Shown here one piece after another: positions 18,870-27,917 of a stretch of 64,000 nucleotides of DNA. How positions within the stretch are numbered: the stretch's first letter is position 1; each line of letters starts with the position of its first letter. This stretch comes from Alphaproteobacteria bacterium. GTDB lineage: Bacteria; Pseudomonadota; Alphaproteobacteria; CAAHEQ01; UBA3637. The notes below the pieces were generated by a model that ran no database searches, had not been told where the DNA came from, and saw only the letters and a program-made list of their open reading frames with translations. The stretch is taken from contig JAFPYS010000016.1 of NCBI GenBank assembly GCA_017412085.1, positions 1,720 to 65,719 of the forward strand, in the 5' to 3' direction. A program made the translations under genes and the position numbers.

Positions 18870-19868
18870 ATGGTATCTATTGCTGAATTTGAAAATAATT
18901 TAATAAGTAAAGCCAAAGCGAACAAACAACGTATTGTCTTACCCGAGGGCGATTGCGAGCGTGTTTTAAGAGCCGCAGATGAAGCTTTAAAACAAGACAT
19001 TGCAGATATTATTATTTTGGGCAATCCGGAAACAATCCAGGCAAAAGAAAAAGAATTAGGACTTGATCTATCAAAGGCAAAAATCATAGATCATTTAAAT
19101 GCGCCCGAATTTGAAGACTATGCCAACACACTCGCCGAGCTACGCAAAGCAAAAGGATTAACCTTAGAGGAAGCCCACGAGATGATGAAAGATGGTGCTT
19201 ACTTTGGCACAATGATGGTTTACAAAGGCGTCGCAGATGGCATGGTTTCCGGCGCAGAACACACAACCGCCAACACCATTCGTCCCGCTTTACAATTTGT
19301 CAAAACAAAACCCGGGGCAACCATAGTATCTGGGGCTTTTTTGATGTGTTATAATGGCCAATTACAAGTTTTTGCAGATTGTGCTGTAACCCCTAATCCC
19401 ACCGCTGAACAACTATCCGAAATTGCCGTGACAACCGCCCAAACGGCGCGATTGTTTGACCTTGATCCAAAAGTGGCCTTTTTATCATACAGCACAGGCA
19501 CATCCAGCAAAGGTCCGTCCGTTGATTTAGTTAATGAAGCGGTGCGTTTAACAAAAGAAAAGAATATAGATTTTGCCTTTGAAGGGCCAATTCAATTTGA
19601 TGCAGCTGTCGATCCCGAAGTTGCTAAAACAAAATTACCCAATAGCCCTGTGGCAGGTCAAGCCAACGTATTTGTATTTCCGGAATTGAATACTGGGAAC
19701 TGTTGCTATAAAGCCATTCAACGCGCCCTTGGTGACAGTTGCTTGGCCGTCGGTCCGATTTTACAGGGGCTTAACAAACCCGTGAATGATTTATCGCGCG
19801 GGGCAACAATCAAAGATATTATTAACACAATCGCTTTCACAGCGGTGTTTGCTCAAAAGAAAGGATAA
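18870..19868 (+). CDS. pta: phosphate acetyltransferase (PTA_PTB domain only)
   Basis: Start at ATG MVSIAEF (AAAGGA RBS). RIVLPEG, ADGMVSGA and the C-terminal NDLSRGA motif. Confidence 0.9.
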   Translation: MVSIAEFENNLISKAKANKQRIVLPEGDCERVLRAADEALKQDIADIIILGNPETIQAKEKELGLDLSKAKIIDHLNAPEFEDYANTLAELRKAKGLTLEEAHEMMKDGAYFGTMMVYKGVADGMVSGAEHTTANTIRPALQFVKTKPGATIVSGAFLMCYNGQLQVFADCAVTPNPTAEQLSEIAVTTAQTARLFDLDPKVAFLSYSTGTSSKGPSVDLVNEAVRLTKEKNIDFAFEGPIQFDAAVDPEVAKTKLPNSPVAGQANVFVFPELNTGNCCYKAIQRALGDSCLAVGPILQGLNKPVNDLSRGATIKDIINTIAFTAVFAQKKG

Positions 19869-19870
19869 AA

Positions 19871-21076
19871 ATGACAAAGATTTTAGTAATTAACTGTGGA
19901 TCTTCCACAATCAAATATCAACTATTTAACATGGACACCAAAGAAGTGTTGTGTTCTGGATTAGTGGAAAAAATTGGCGAATCTATCAGCCGTATTACAC
20001 ATAAAAAATTCCCAGATACAGAACAAGCAACGAAGACAGTGATTGAAGAACGCTTCCCCACACACGCCGAAGGTATGAAAAAGGCGGTGGAAATGATGAT
20101 GACAGGCGACACTGCCGTTATTACAGACATCAACGAAATCGGCGGTGTTGGGCATCGCATCGTGCATGGCGGATCCTATTTCAAACCAATGGTTGTTACA
20201 CCAGAAGTTATTGAAAACTTACGCAAAGTGATTCCTTTGGCTCCTTTGCACAATCCTGGACACTTAATTGGCATTCAGGTTGCCCAAGAAATTTTTCCGG
20301 CCGCCACACACGTCGTTGTGTTTGATACAGCATTTCATCAAACAATGCCGGCACAGGCTTATATGTATCCCCTTCCCTATGAAATTTATGAAAAGTATGC
20401 TGTTCGTAAATACGGTGCCCATGGTACAAGCCATAAATATGTGGCACGCCGCGCAGCCGAGTTATTGGGAAAGCCATTGGATCAAACAAATTTGATTACT
20501 TGCCACATCGGAAGCGGCTCCTCCATTTCCGCCATTAAAGATGGCAAATGCATTGACACCTCCATGGGTTTAACCCCATTGGATGGCTTGATGATGGGCA
20601 CACGTTGTGGATCTATTGACCCAGCCACAGTTGGCTTTTTAATGCGTAACGCCAACATGGATATTGACGCAGTCGATAAGATGATGACAAAGCAAAGTGG
20701 CCTTTTGGGCGTTTGCGGTGTCAATGATATGCGTGACGTACATGCTAAAATTGCCGATGGCGATCAAAAAGCCAAATTGGCCCTTGATATGCTGACATAC
20801 CGTATTCGTGGCTTTATTGGTAATTACTTTGCCCAATTAAACGGCCAGTTGGATGCGTTGGTCTTTACTGCCGGCGTTGGTGAAAATGATGAAATTGTGC
20901 GTCGTGAAGTCGTTAATGGCTTAACGGGTTTGGGCTTCAAGTTGAACGAAGAAGAAAACAACAAACGTCCAGGAGAATATGCCTTGATTTCTGCGGCAGA
21001 TTCTAAATTCAAGATTTATGTCATTCGCACAAATGAGGAATTGGAAATCGCTAACGAAACCTTGGCTTTAATGTAA
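19871..21076 (+). CDS. ackA: acetate kinase
   Basis: ILVINCGSSTIKYQLF, VGHRIVHGG, HLGSG-type motif (CHIGSGSS). Confidence 0.95.
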   Translation: MTKILVINCGSSTIKYQLFNMDTKEVLCSGLVEKIGESISRITHKKFPDTEQATKTVIEERFPTHAEGMKKAVEMMMTGDTAVITDINEIGGVGHRIVHGGSYFKPMVVTPEVIENLRKVIPLAPLHNPGHLIGIQVAQEIFPAATHVVVFDTAFHQTMPAQAYMYPLPYEIYEKYAVRKYGAHGTSHKYVARRAAELLGKPLDQTNLITCHIGSGSSISAIKDGKCIDTSMGLTPLDGLMMGTRCGSIDPATVGFLMRNANMDIDAVDKMMTKQSGLLGVCGVNDMRDVHAKIADGDQKAKLALDMLTYRIRGFIGNYFAQLNGQLDALVFTAGVGENDEIVRREVVNGLTGLGFKLNEEENNKRPGEYALISAADSKFKIYVIRTNEELEIANETLALM

Positions 21077-21090
21077 AAAACAGGCATAAG

Positions 21091-21116
21091 AAAACTCCCC
21101 ATTTAAGGGGAGTTTT
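21091..21116. terminator. bidirectional terminator between ackA and the pilin-like gene
   Basis: aaaactcccc/ggggagtttt stem flanked by A and T runs. Confidence 0.8.
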
Positions 21117-21132
21117 TTATTAGAGAGTTTAA

Positions 21133-21513
21133 TTATGATAATTCAACGGTTTCACCGCCAACTTTTCCATTAAAACTCTCAATAGCCATATCATGGAAAG
21201 TACCGTCTCCACTATCACAGCTCTCTGTGTATAGACGGTATCTACCACCTGAATAATCAGCACCTATTTCAGTACAAGGTGACAAGCTGCTAGGAAAATC
21301 ACCATAAACATCTGTATAAGTAACACCATCGCTGGGACGTCCTTTTTCTTCAAAGGCAATCCACGTCATATTCATGGCATTAATCAATTCATTGGCTTTA
21401 TATTTCTTCATGACTTGGGTATAACCAGCAATACCACCGATGGACAGAACGCCGATGATGGCTAACACGCCTAACATTTCGACCATTGAACGGCCGGATT
21501 CATTATTTGTCAT
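21133..21513 (-). CDS. prepilin-type (type IV pilin / T2SS pseudopilin-like) protein
   Basis: Start at MTNNESG (AAAGGAGAA RBS). Class III signal: G|RSMVEMLGVLAIIGVLS with Glu at +5. Confidence 0.75.
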   Translation of the reverse strand: MTNNESGRSMVEMLGVLAIIGVLSIGGIAGYTQVMKKYKANELINAMNMTWIAFEEKGRPSDGVTYTDVYGDFPSSLSPCTEIGADYSGGRYRLYTESCDSGDGTFHDMAIESFNGKVGGETVELS

Positions 21514-21590
21514 TTTTATATTCTCCTTTTTAACGTTAAAAATCACAGAAAACCCATTTTTGTACAAGCATTTTTCTCTCGCATATTCTC

Positions 21591-21619
21591 CTTATAACAC
21601 ACAATAAAATATCTTGCAA
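21591..21619 (-). promoter_or_regulatory. candidate promoter for the pilin-like gene
   Basis: Minus strand TTGCAA, 17 nt spacer, TATAAG. Leader is about 75 nt. Confidence 0.4.
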
Positions 21620-21626
21620 TAAAATT

Positions 21627-22589
21627 TTATCTTTTTTTGAAAAAAAATCGTTTATTATAACATTGCCTCAAAAGTTGACACCAACTTTTTTGCATCGTTG
21701 GTGGCAGCAAGGCCACCTCCTTTTCCGAAAATTTCTTCATCAAAGGCCAAAGTGTGCTATAAAACAAATCTTTATGACCTTCTGGCAAATACAACTTTGT
21801 ATTTCGAATAGACGACATTAACAACATCAAAAACACGTCACACCACTTTTTTAACAATTTTCTCTTTCTTAAATAATCGTACAGCACTTTCATAACTTTA
21901 ATAAAATCAAGGGCTCGCATATTCTTTCGATACGTCGCCCCCATTACACTATCCGAATGACGCACATAGTTATGCAACTTTTCTGGCAAATAATAGATGG
22001 ATTGGCTTGCCGTCATATATTCAACAAAAAAAACTGTATCTGTATGTGTTAATCCTTCTGGAAATTGAATATGATTTTTGTTGATAACATCCATTTTGAA
22101 TATTTTGTTCCAAGAAAAAACATTCGTCTGAATGACATTTTTTTGCGTGACAGAGCATTTTCCATCAAATTTTATAGCATAATATTCTATCTGCCCCCTC
22201 CTTGGTTTTTCCCCCTCAAGATAAATTGGTTTAATCCCACAACAAACAATATCCGACTTACTTTCTATCAACGCCTTTAACATCTTCTCACACATATCAA
22301 AATCATAAAAATCATCTGCATCACAAAACATAACATATGGTGTTTTAACCTGTTTTAATGCTAAATTCTGAGCAACTGCCTGACCTTTATTTTTTTGAGT
22401 CACAAGACGAATGCGTGAATCATTTTTTTGATATTCCTGAACAATTTCAGCACTTTTATCCGGCGACCCATCATCCACACAAATAATCTCTATTTCTTTC
22501 AAAGTTTGTCCAACCAAATGATCCAAACACTTTTTCAAGTATGGCTCACATTTAAACATTGGAACAATAATGGAAATTTTTGCCTGCAT
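21627..22589 (-). CDS. glycosyltransferase family 2
   Basis: ISIIVPMFKCEPYL...ICVDDGSPDKS...CDADD. Confidence 0.85.
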   Translation of the reverse strand: MQAKISIIVPMFKCEPYLKKCLDHLVGQTLKEIEIICVDDGSPDKSAEIVQEYQKNDSRIRLVTQKNKGQAVAQNLALKQVKTPYVMFCDADDFYDFDMCEKMLKALIESKSDIVCCGIKPIYLEGEKPRRGQIEYYAIKFDGKCSVTQKNVIQTNVFSWNKIFKMDVINKNHIQFPEGLTHTDTVFFVEYMTASQSIYYLPEKLHNYVRHSDSVMGATYRKNMRALDFIKVMKVLYDYLRKRKLLKKWCDVFLMLLMSSIRNTKLYLPEGHKDLFYSTLWPLMKKFSEKEVALLPPTMQKSWCQLLRQCYNKRFFFKKR

Positions 22590-22598
22590 TCTTTTTCC

Positions 22599-24563
22599 CT
22601 AATCTGACAAAAGTTTGTGATACTTTGGTGGCTTTTTAAAGAAAACAGGAACACCCAGAATTTTCAGAACAAAGCCACCTGTATAGCGCTTAAATGAAAA
22701 CAAAGAAAATTCATAAACATCCCTTATTATGTTAAGACGCCACAAAGTCCAAAAATAAGAAATCTTCTTATAAAACGATTCATGTTTTAAGGTATATCTT
22801 GCTACAAATTCCTCAATTCCTTTGGGCAATCTCACATGGTATTTTTTCATTGTTTCAACACATAACTTATAAAATTTAGGTGTAAACTTCGTCCGTGCAT
22901 CTGGCAACAACTTAATATTCAAAACATTATAGGCTTTCGTCAAAAACCATGAAATATAATAAGACAGCATCTTTGGGCTGGACAACTCTTTTACCACTTT
23001 AAAGGTTTCATGTAAAACATCACAATATCCACCATAATTGCTATTTATACACCCAATTGTGGAATCTGCATGCATCGTCCTGAAGTAAAGATTTTCCTTT
23101 AAAATCCCCATGCGCTCCGCCTGCAAAACACTCTCTGTAAAGAACAAAGTATCTTCATAATCGCAATTCGTCCAATGAATGCTATTTATATCTAAAAATT
23201 CTTTGCGGTAAAATGTCAAACACGCACACACCGCCATTTTAGGCAAAAACTCTCGGGCATCCGATGGCGCAAATACCGGAGGCATCTCTTTATTTAAATA
23301 AGCAAAATTCGTATATAGACTTTTATATTTTTCCCCTGTTTTCTCATCACAATCCTCTGTTTCAAACATTAACATATCTAATCGATACAGCTTCGAATAC
23401 AAATACAAATATTCCGAACAATCCTGTGAAATCGCATCGTCCGCATCCACATATTGAATATATTCCCCAGACGCTTTTTTAAGGGCTGTTTCACGTGCCA
23501 CACCCTGTTTTTGATTCATCTGTGTCAGTACCGTAATTCTAGAGTCCTTATCTGCATACTCTTTTAATATAGCCAAACTAGCATCCTGAGAACCATCATC
23601 CACGCAAATAATTTCAATTTCTTTTAATGTTTGACCAACCAAACTATCCAAGCAATGACGCAGATATTTTTCTTCATTATAAACTGGGACAATTATTGAA
23701 ACCTTTGCTTGAACGTCAGCATATAGAAACGCGGTCATTCGAAGCAAATCCAAACGTTCAGTCTCGTTTTCACAGAACTTCATAACAACGGGAAAAAACT
23801 CTTGCAGTTTTATTAAACTTGAATTTTTTAATTGATGATAATTATTCGTATCGGCTATTTTTAAATTATCAATAATACTTTTCCAACGGCTAACAACCTT
23901 TTCTTTTGTCCAATGGAATATTTCCTGCGGATTGCACACCTTCACACAAATCACTTTATGTAATGCATAAAATTTCTTTGCAAGCTGCATGACATGCACC
24001 AAAAAATTTGAAGTATCTCCAAAAGCATATTGGTTAAAACAAATATGATTTTTATTCAAAAAGGATCGATTATAAATCCCCCGTTGATATCCTTCATCAA
24101 ATTGACAATATTCATAATCCATCCACATATTTGCTTTAAATATAAGTCCAGAATCCTCTTTAAATGGCTGATAAACTTTTCCTTGCGCCAAATTTAATTT
24201 AGCACATTCTCCCATACATACATTTGCATCGTTTAACTTAGCCACTTCATACAAAGTTTCTAACACATTATTTGTTGCATAAACATTATCCTGCTCTAAA
24301 AAGGCAACAAACTCCCCTTGTGCACATTTGATGCCTTCATTCCTCGCCTCAGCAAATGAAATCTTATCTTTTGAAATAACTTTCACACGATTATCCAACA
24401 TCGCATAGGTCGACAGAACACCAAAGGTATTATCAGAAGAACCCAAATCCACACAGATTACCTCAAAATCCGATAATGTCTGGAATAAAACAGAATCCAA
24501 ACAATTTCCTAAGATATCGTCGGCATTAAAAACAGGAAGGACTACAGAAACTTTTGGTACCAT
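22599..24563 (-). CDS. bifunctional glycosyltransferase with two GT2 domains
   Basis: 654 aa. Two GT2 signatures: VSVVLPVFNADD...ICVDLGSSDNT, and VSIIVPVYNEEKYL...ICVDDGSQDAS...VDADD. Confidence 0.8.
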   Translation of the reverse strand: MVPKVSVVLPVFNADDILGNCLDSVLFQTLSDFEVICVDLGSSDNTFGVLSTYAMLDNRVKVISKDKISFAEARNEGIKCAQGEFVAFLEQDNVYATNNVLETLYEVAKLNDANVCMGECAKLNLAQGKVYQPFKEDSGLIFKANMWMDYEYCQFDEGYQRGIYNRSFLNKNHICFNQYAFGDTSNFLVHVMQLAKKFYALHKVICVKVCNPQEIFHWTKEKVVSRWKSIIDNLKIADTNNYHQLKNSSLIKLQEFFPVVMKFCENETERLDLLRMTAFLYADVQAKVSIIVPVYNEEKYLRHCLDSLVGQTLKEIEIICVDDGSQDASLAILKEYADKDSRITVLTQMNQKQGVARETALKKASGEYIQYVDADDAISQDCSEYLYLYSKLYRLDMLMFETEDCDEKTGEKYKSLYTNFAYLNKEMPPVFAPSDAREFLPKMAVCACLTFYRKEFLDINSIHWTNCDYEDTLFFTESVLQAERMGILKENLYFRTMHADSTIGCINSNYGGYCDVLHETFKVVKELSSPKMLSYYISWFLTKAYNVLNIKLLPDARTKFTPKFYKLCVETMKKYHVRLPKGIEEFVARYTLKHESFYKKISYFWTLWRLNIIRDVYEFSLFSFKRYTGGFVLKILGVPVFFKKPPKYHKLLSD

Positions 24564-24607
24564 TTCAATCCTTTATCTGGTTGCGGATTAATTAAAGAGT
24601 TCTCAAA

Positions 24608-24684
24608 TGGTCGGAGGGATCGGATTCGAACCGACGACCCCTACGTCCCGAACGTAGTGCTCTACCAGGCTGAGCCACCCTCCG
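24608..24684 (-). tRNA. tRNA-Pro (CGG)
   Basis: On the minus strand: acceptor CGGAGGG/CCCTCCG, anticodon stem CTACG/CGTAG with loop UUCGGGA, T loop TTCGAAT, encoded CCA. Confidence 0.9.
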
Positions 24685-24695
24685 ACAACGATGAA

Positions 24696-24724
24696 ATTGT
24701 ATCTGAAAACTAAAAAAATTGCAA
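24696..24724 (-). promoter_or_regulatory. promoter for tRNA-Pro (possibly also the downstream GT genes)
   Basis: Minus strand TTGCAA, 17 nt spacer, TACAAT, 11 nt before the tRNA 5' end. Confidence 0.6.
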
Positions 24725-24730
24725 GTATTT

Positions 24731-24764
24731 TTTATAAAAAATCCCCGTCTTTTGTGGCGGGGAT
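24731..24764 (-). terminator. rho-independent terminator after the antiporter gene
   Basis: atccccg/cggggat stem. The T run on the minus strand appears as AAAAAA on the plus strand. Confidence 0.7.
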
Positions 24765-24783
24765 TTCCTTTTCGCTTTACAGA

Positions 24784-26220
24784 TTATGCCTTGATAATCC
24801 CTCGTGCAAACGCATAAATTGCAATCACCGCAACGATTACCAAAACACTTGCCAATACTTTTTCTGCAAAACTCATTCGGTTATTTTGACCTTTCGCCCA
24901 AAGATAAATTGGCAATCCCGCCGCAATAAACACAACCGCCATCAGCATGTAATTCAAACCTGCGGCATAAATCAGCCAGATGGCATACAAGCTGCCTAAA
25001 ACACCAGTTAATCTGGCGGACCAACGGGAAACACCGCTTACCGTTTCGTCCTCACAAATCTTCCACAAATACAAGCAGCTGAATAAATAAGCTGGCAACA
25101 CCATGACGCCTGTAATGGACAACATTGTATTCCATGCATTGTTTGAAAAATACACCAATAACATGGCCAATTGCATCAAACCCGATGTAACCCAAAGGGA
25201 AAAGCTGGGAGCCCCTTTAGAGTTTTCTTCTGCAAAACGTTCAGGGAACGTGCCATTTTGGGCCATAGATTGAGGCATTTGTGCAACAATCATTGTCCAG
25301 CTGAGCCAGCTTGCTAACACTGCAATTAACAGACCTATATTCATTAACCAGGCTCCCCATGGCCCCACAACTGCACGCAAAACACCCGCGGTAGAAGGAT
25401 TAGCCACTCCCGCCAAACGCGCTTGTGTCATAAAACCAAATGGCAAAATTGATAACAGCACATAGATCGCCAAACATCCCAAAAAGCCCAAAACTGTTGC
25501 TTTACCAACATCATTCTGACTTTTCGCACGTCCGGACAGCACAACTGCGCCCTCAATACCAATGAAAGCCCATAAGGTAACCAGCATAGAATTTTTAATC
25601 TGTGTACCAATATCCCCTAATTTGTTGCGACTTAATTCACCCCAAAAATCAAAATCAAATTTGTCTATATTAAACACAAAAATCATAATAATACAAAACA
25701 AAATCAATGGGATAATTTTGGCAATCGTTGCAATTAAATTGATTTTTGTTGCTTGTTGTACACCACGCAAAACCAAGTAATTAAAAAACCAAATCAAAAA
25801 CGAACCACCTATAATACTGGGCAAATTATTACCCCCCGCAAACACGCCCGGAAAGAAATAATTTAACGCATCCATTGTAATGACGGCGTATCCAACATTT
25901 CCACAAATTTGGCACAACCAATAACTCCAACCAATATTAAATCCCATATATGGGCCAAACCCAGAACGTGCGTACATGTAAATACCAGATGTCAGGGCGG
26001 GTCTTAAATTCGCCAACAAACGGAAAGTATTCGCAATAAACCATATGCCCAAACCGGTGATTAGCCATGCCAAAAATACACCGCCAACGCTGGCAGAAGC
26101 CGCCATATTTTGGGGGAGCGAAAAGATTCCACCGCCAATCATAGAACTGACAACAATACCAGCCAATCCGAAAACTCCTAATTTACCAACTGCCCCTTGT
26201 TTATTTTTTTGTTTTTTCAT
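24784..26220 (-). CDS. APC-superfamily basic amino acid/polyamine antiporter (AaxC/AdiC/ArcD-like)
   Basis: 478 aa, about 12 TM helices. N-terminal GIVVSSMIGGGIFSLPQNMA motif of the APA family. Adjacent to the pyruvoyl arginine decarboxylase gene. Confidence 0.8.
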   Translation of the reverse strand: MKKQKNKQGAVGKLGVFGLAGIVVSSMIGGGIFSLPQNMAASASVGGVFLAWLITGLGIWFIANTFRLLANLRPALTSGIYMYARSGFGPYMGFNIGWSYWLCQICGNVGYAVITMDALNYFFPGVFAGGNNLPSIIGGSFLIWFFNYLVLRGVQQATKINLIATIAKIIPLILFCIIMIFVFNIDKFDFDFWGELSRNKLGDIGTQIKNSMLVTLWAFIGIEGAVVLSGRAKSQNDVGKATVLGFLGCLAIYVLLSILPFGFMTQARLAGVANPSTAGVLRAVVGPWGAWLMNIGLLIAVLASWLSWTMIVAQMPQSMAQNGTFPERFAEENSKGAPSFSLWVTSGLMQLAMLLVYFSNNAWNTMLSITGVMVLPAYLFSCLYLWKICEDETVSGVSRWSARLTGVLGSLYAIWLIYAAGLNYMLMAVVFIAAGLPIYLWAKGQNNRMSFAEKVLASVLVIVAVIAIYAFARGIIKA

Positions 26221-26242
26221 TTTATGACTCCTTTAAAAATTT

Positions 26243-26267
26243 CCCCTCAATATATAAAACTGAGGGG
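26243..26267 (-). promoter_or_regulatory. intercistronic stem-loop between the decarboxylase and antiporter genes
   Basis: cccctca/tgagggg 7-bp stem with an 11-nt loop, in the 55-nt gap just upstream of the antiporter RBS. Confidence 0.4.
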
Positions 26268-26275
26268 AAAGTGAT

Positions 26276-26878
26276 TTATTTTCTACGTTTTCCCGAACTA
26301 ACTTCCACTGGGGGAGCAAATTCAAAATTCAAAAATCCAAGTGCCGTCAAACAATATCCAAAGTTTTGTGTAATATTCACATAGTTATGGAAAAATTGGA
26401 ATTCGCTATGTTGTTGACATCCACGTATTTGTAATTCGTGATTCATAGATTTTGTAAGCCACATTTCACAGTGGGATCGCGCAATATCATCATCAATATA
26501 CGTATCAAAATATTCCACATATTCAGCGGCCCAACCACCTAAGAATTTACCACGTCTATCTTTTCCCCAAACAATACCTACACCCGTAGCAATTGCCTTG
26601 TGTTCACTAGATCGAGCGCCATTACCCGCCATAATTACTTCCAACACCGCACCATGCTTAAACGCGTGAGCCACCTGATCAACAGGCACGATATTTCCAT
26701 AAAGTTCCGGCGGCAATACGGACGTATAAGGAATGACGTTAAAATCTTGAATCTTAGCCTGCATTAACGCAGAGTCATAGCAAAATGTTTCAAATGGTTG
26801 TGGAGGAATTCCATCATCAGATTGTCCCGCTCCCCCAGTATGAAAAGCCAAAGTTGGATATCTTGTTCCTAATAACAT
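26276..26878 (-). CDS. aaxB: pyruvoyl-dependent arginine decarboxylase, AaxB-like
   Basis: 200 aa. [12 protein letters not shown]...[14 protein letters not shown]...[10 protein letters not shown], with Thr52-Ser53 at the self-cleavage site described for chlamydial AaxB. Also [10 protein letters not shown]. Confidence 0.85.
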   Translation of the reverse strand: MLLGTRYPTLAFHTGGAGQSDDGIPPQPFETFCYDSALMQAKIQDFNVIPYTSVLPPELYGNIVPVDQVAHAFKHGAVLEVIMAGNGARSSEHKAIATGVGIVWGKDRRGKFLGGWAAEYVEYFDTYIDDDIARSHCEMWLTKSMNHELQIRGCQQHSEFQFFHNYVNITQNFGYCLTALGFLNFEFAPPVEVSSGKRRK

Positions 26879-27041
26879 GTTATCTCCTTAAAATTAAGTG
26901 TTAAGGCTTTCCGACCGGATAAGCCTATGCTCCATTTGGGGTTATAAAAATCCGTGGACAAGCTGCCCAAAAGTCTGTCTTGCCCTCTTAACAGGTTAAC
27001 GCCATATTCCAGTTGTTATTTAACAAAAAGGAGGAGAAAAC

Positions 27042-27383
27042 ATGAACAAAATAATTTTAGCAACTGCTGCCGCTTTGGCTTTAACTGTTGCTCAAGCAAA
27101 AGCAGAAACAGCCACAGGAGAAATCATTTCTATCCAAGATGATATTGTTACCTTACAAACAAAAGATGGGCAGCAAATGTCATTTAAAACAAGTGATGGC
27201 ACAACATATCGTAAAAAGACCTTAAACAAACATCATAAGAAAAAACGGGGTATGCGCGGCCCAGCAGATTGGACATATGAACCCATCGCCGAAGAGGATG
27301 ATTGGGTGGAAATTGTCTATAATCCCAAAACAGGTACTGGTGATGTCTATGAAGTAGATACAATTACAGTTTATGATGATTAA
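27042..27383 (+). CDS. hypothetical secreted protein
   Basis: 113 aa. Signal peptide MNKIILATAAALALTVAQA, strong RBS AAGGAGGAG, basic central patch. Confidence 0.6.
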   Translation: MNKIILATAAALALTVAQAKAETATGEIISIQDDIVTLQTKDGQQMSFKTSDGTTYRKKTLNKHHKKKRGMRGPADWTYEPIAEEDDWVEIVYNPKTGTGDVYEVDTITVYDD

Positions 27384-27396
27384 AAAGATACAAGTT

Positions 27397-27428
27397 AAAA
27401 AACACCCTGTAAATCAGGGTGTTTTTTA
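27397..27428 (+). terminator. rho-independent terminator
   Basis: acaccctg/cagggtgt stem followed by a T run. Confidence 0.8.
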
Positions 27429-27457
27429 TTGCATATATTCCCATTTTGTGATATAAC
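27429..27457 (+). promoter_or_regulatory. promoter (extended -10) for the 27465 gene, apparently leaderless
   Basis: TTGCAT, 17 nt spacer, TGaTATAAC. The ATG is 7 nt downstream and there is no SD. Confidence 0.55.
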
Positions 27458-27464
27458 CAATTTC

Positions 27465-27917
27465 ATGAAAAAGAGTGCTGTCATAAGAGAAACTGGTGTT
27501 TTTGTTGATGTTCAAGGGACCCTTATTAAATCGGGGAATCGCTTGGATGCTCGGCTTTATTCTAATATGGAGATTGCACGACAACGCGGCGCTCAAGTTG
27601 TTATTTTTACCATGGCGGATTCTAAAAGCATGACGCAATCTTTGCAAAAAGTAGGCGTAAATACAAACCATTTCCCAGTTAAAAATAAACACAAATACTG
27701 GGGACATGCCTTTACAGGGCTTGTTATTGATGACGTTGCACCACATTTGCAACGCTTTCTTGTCCAACCCTTTGTGTATGACAGCACCGGTCTTATTTTG
27801 GATTCAATTGCCAAGCAACTTCAAAGTAATCCCCGTCTTACATTTAACGGCGCATTGAAGCGTTATCGTCTTACACAGCGACGGTTATTGGCGCGCGCAA
27901 ACGCTCTACAACCTTAA
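27465..27917 (+). CDS. hypothetical protein, weak HAD-like N-terminus
   Basis: 150 aa. VFVDVQGTL resembles HAD motif I, but the second Asp is Gln. Confidence 0.45.
   Translation: MKKSAVIRETGVFVDVQGTLIKSGNRLDARLYSNMEIARQRGAQVVIFTMADSKSMTQSLQKVGVNTNHFPVKNKHKYWGHAFTGLVIDDVAPHLQRFLVQPFVYDSTGLILDSIAKQLQSNPRLTFNGALKRYRLTQRRLLARANALQP

Noticed and set aside
22599-24563. Double-GT2 gene as a possible fused pseudogene
   Set aside because: Both GT2 halves retain their DxD and nucleotide-binding signatures in one intact frame.
24691-24999. Plus-strand 102-aa ORF
   Set aside because: It spans the tRNA-Pro promoter, a terminator, and the antisense of the antiporter 3' end.
26879-27041. 163-nt region upstream of aaxB, with the hairpin aggctt...aagcct, as a possible riboswitch or leader
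   Set aside because: There is only one short stem and no recognisable riboswitch consensus. The promoter could not be placed confidently.
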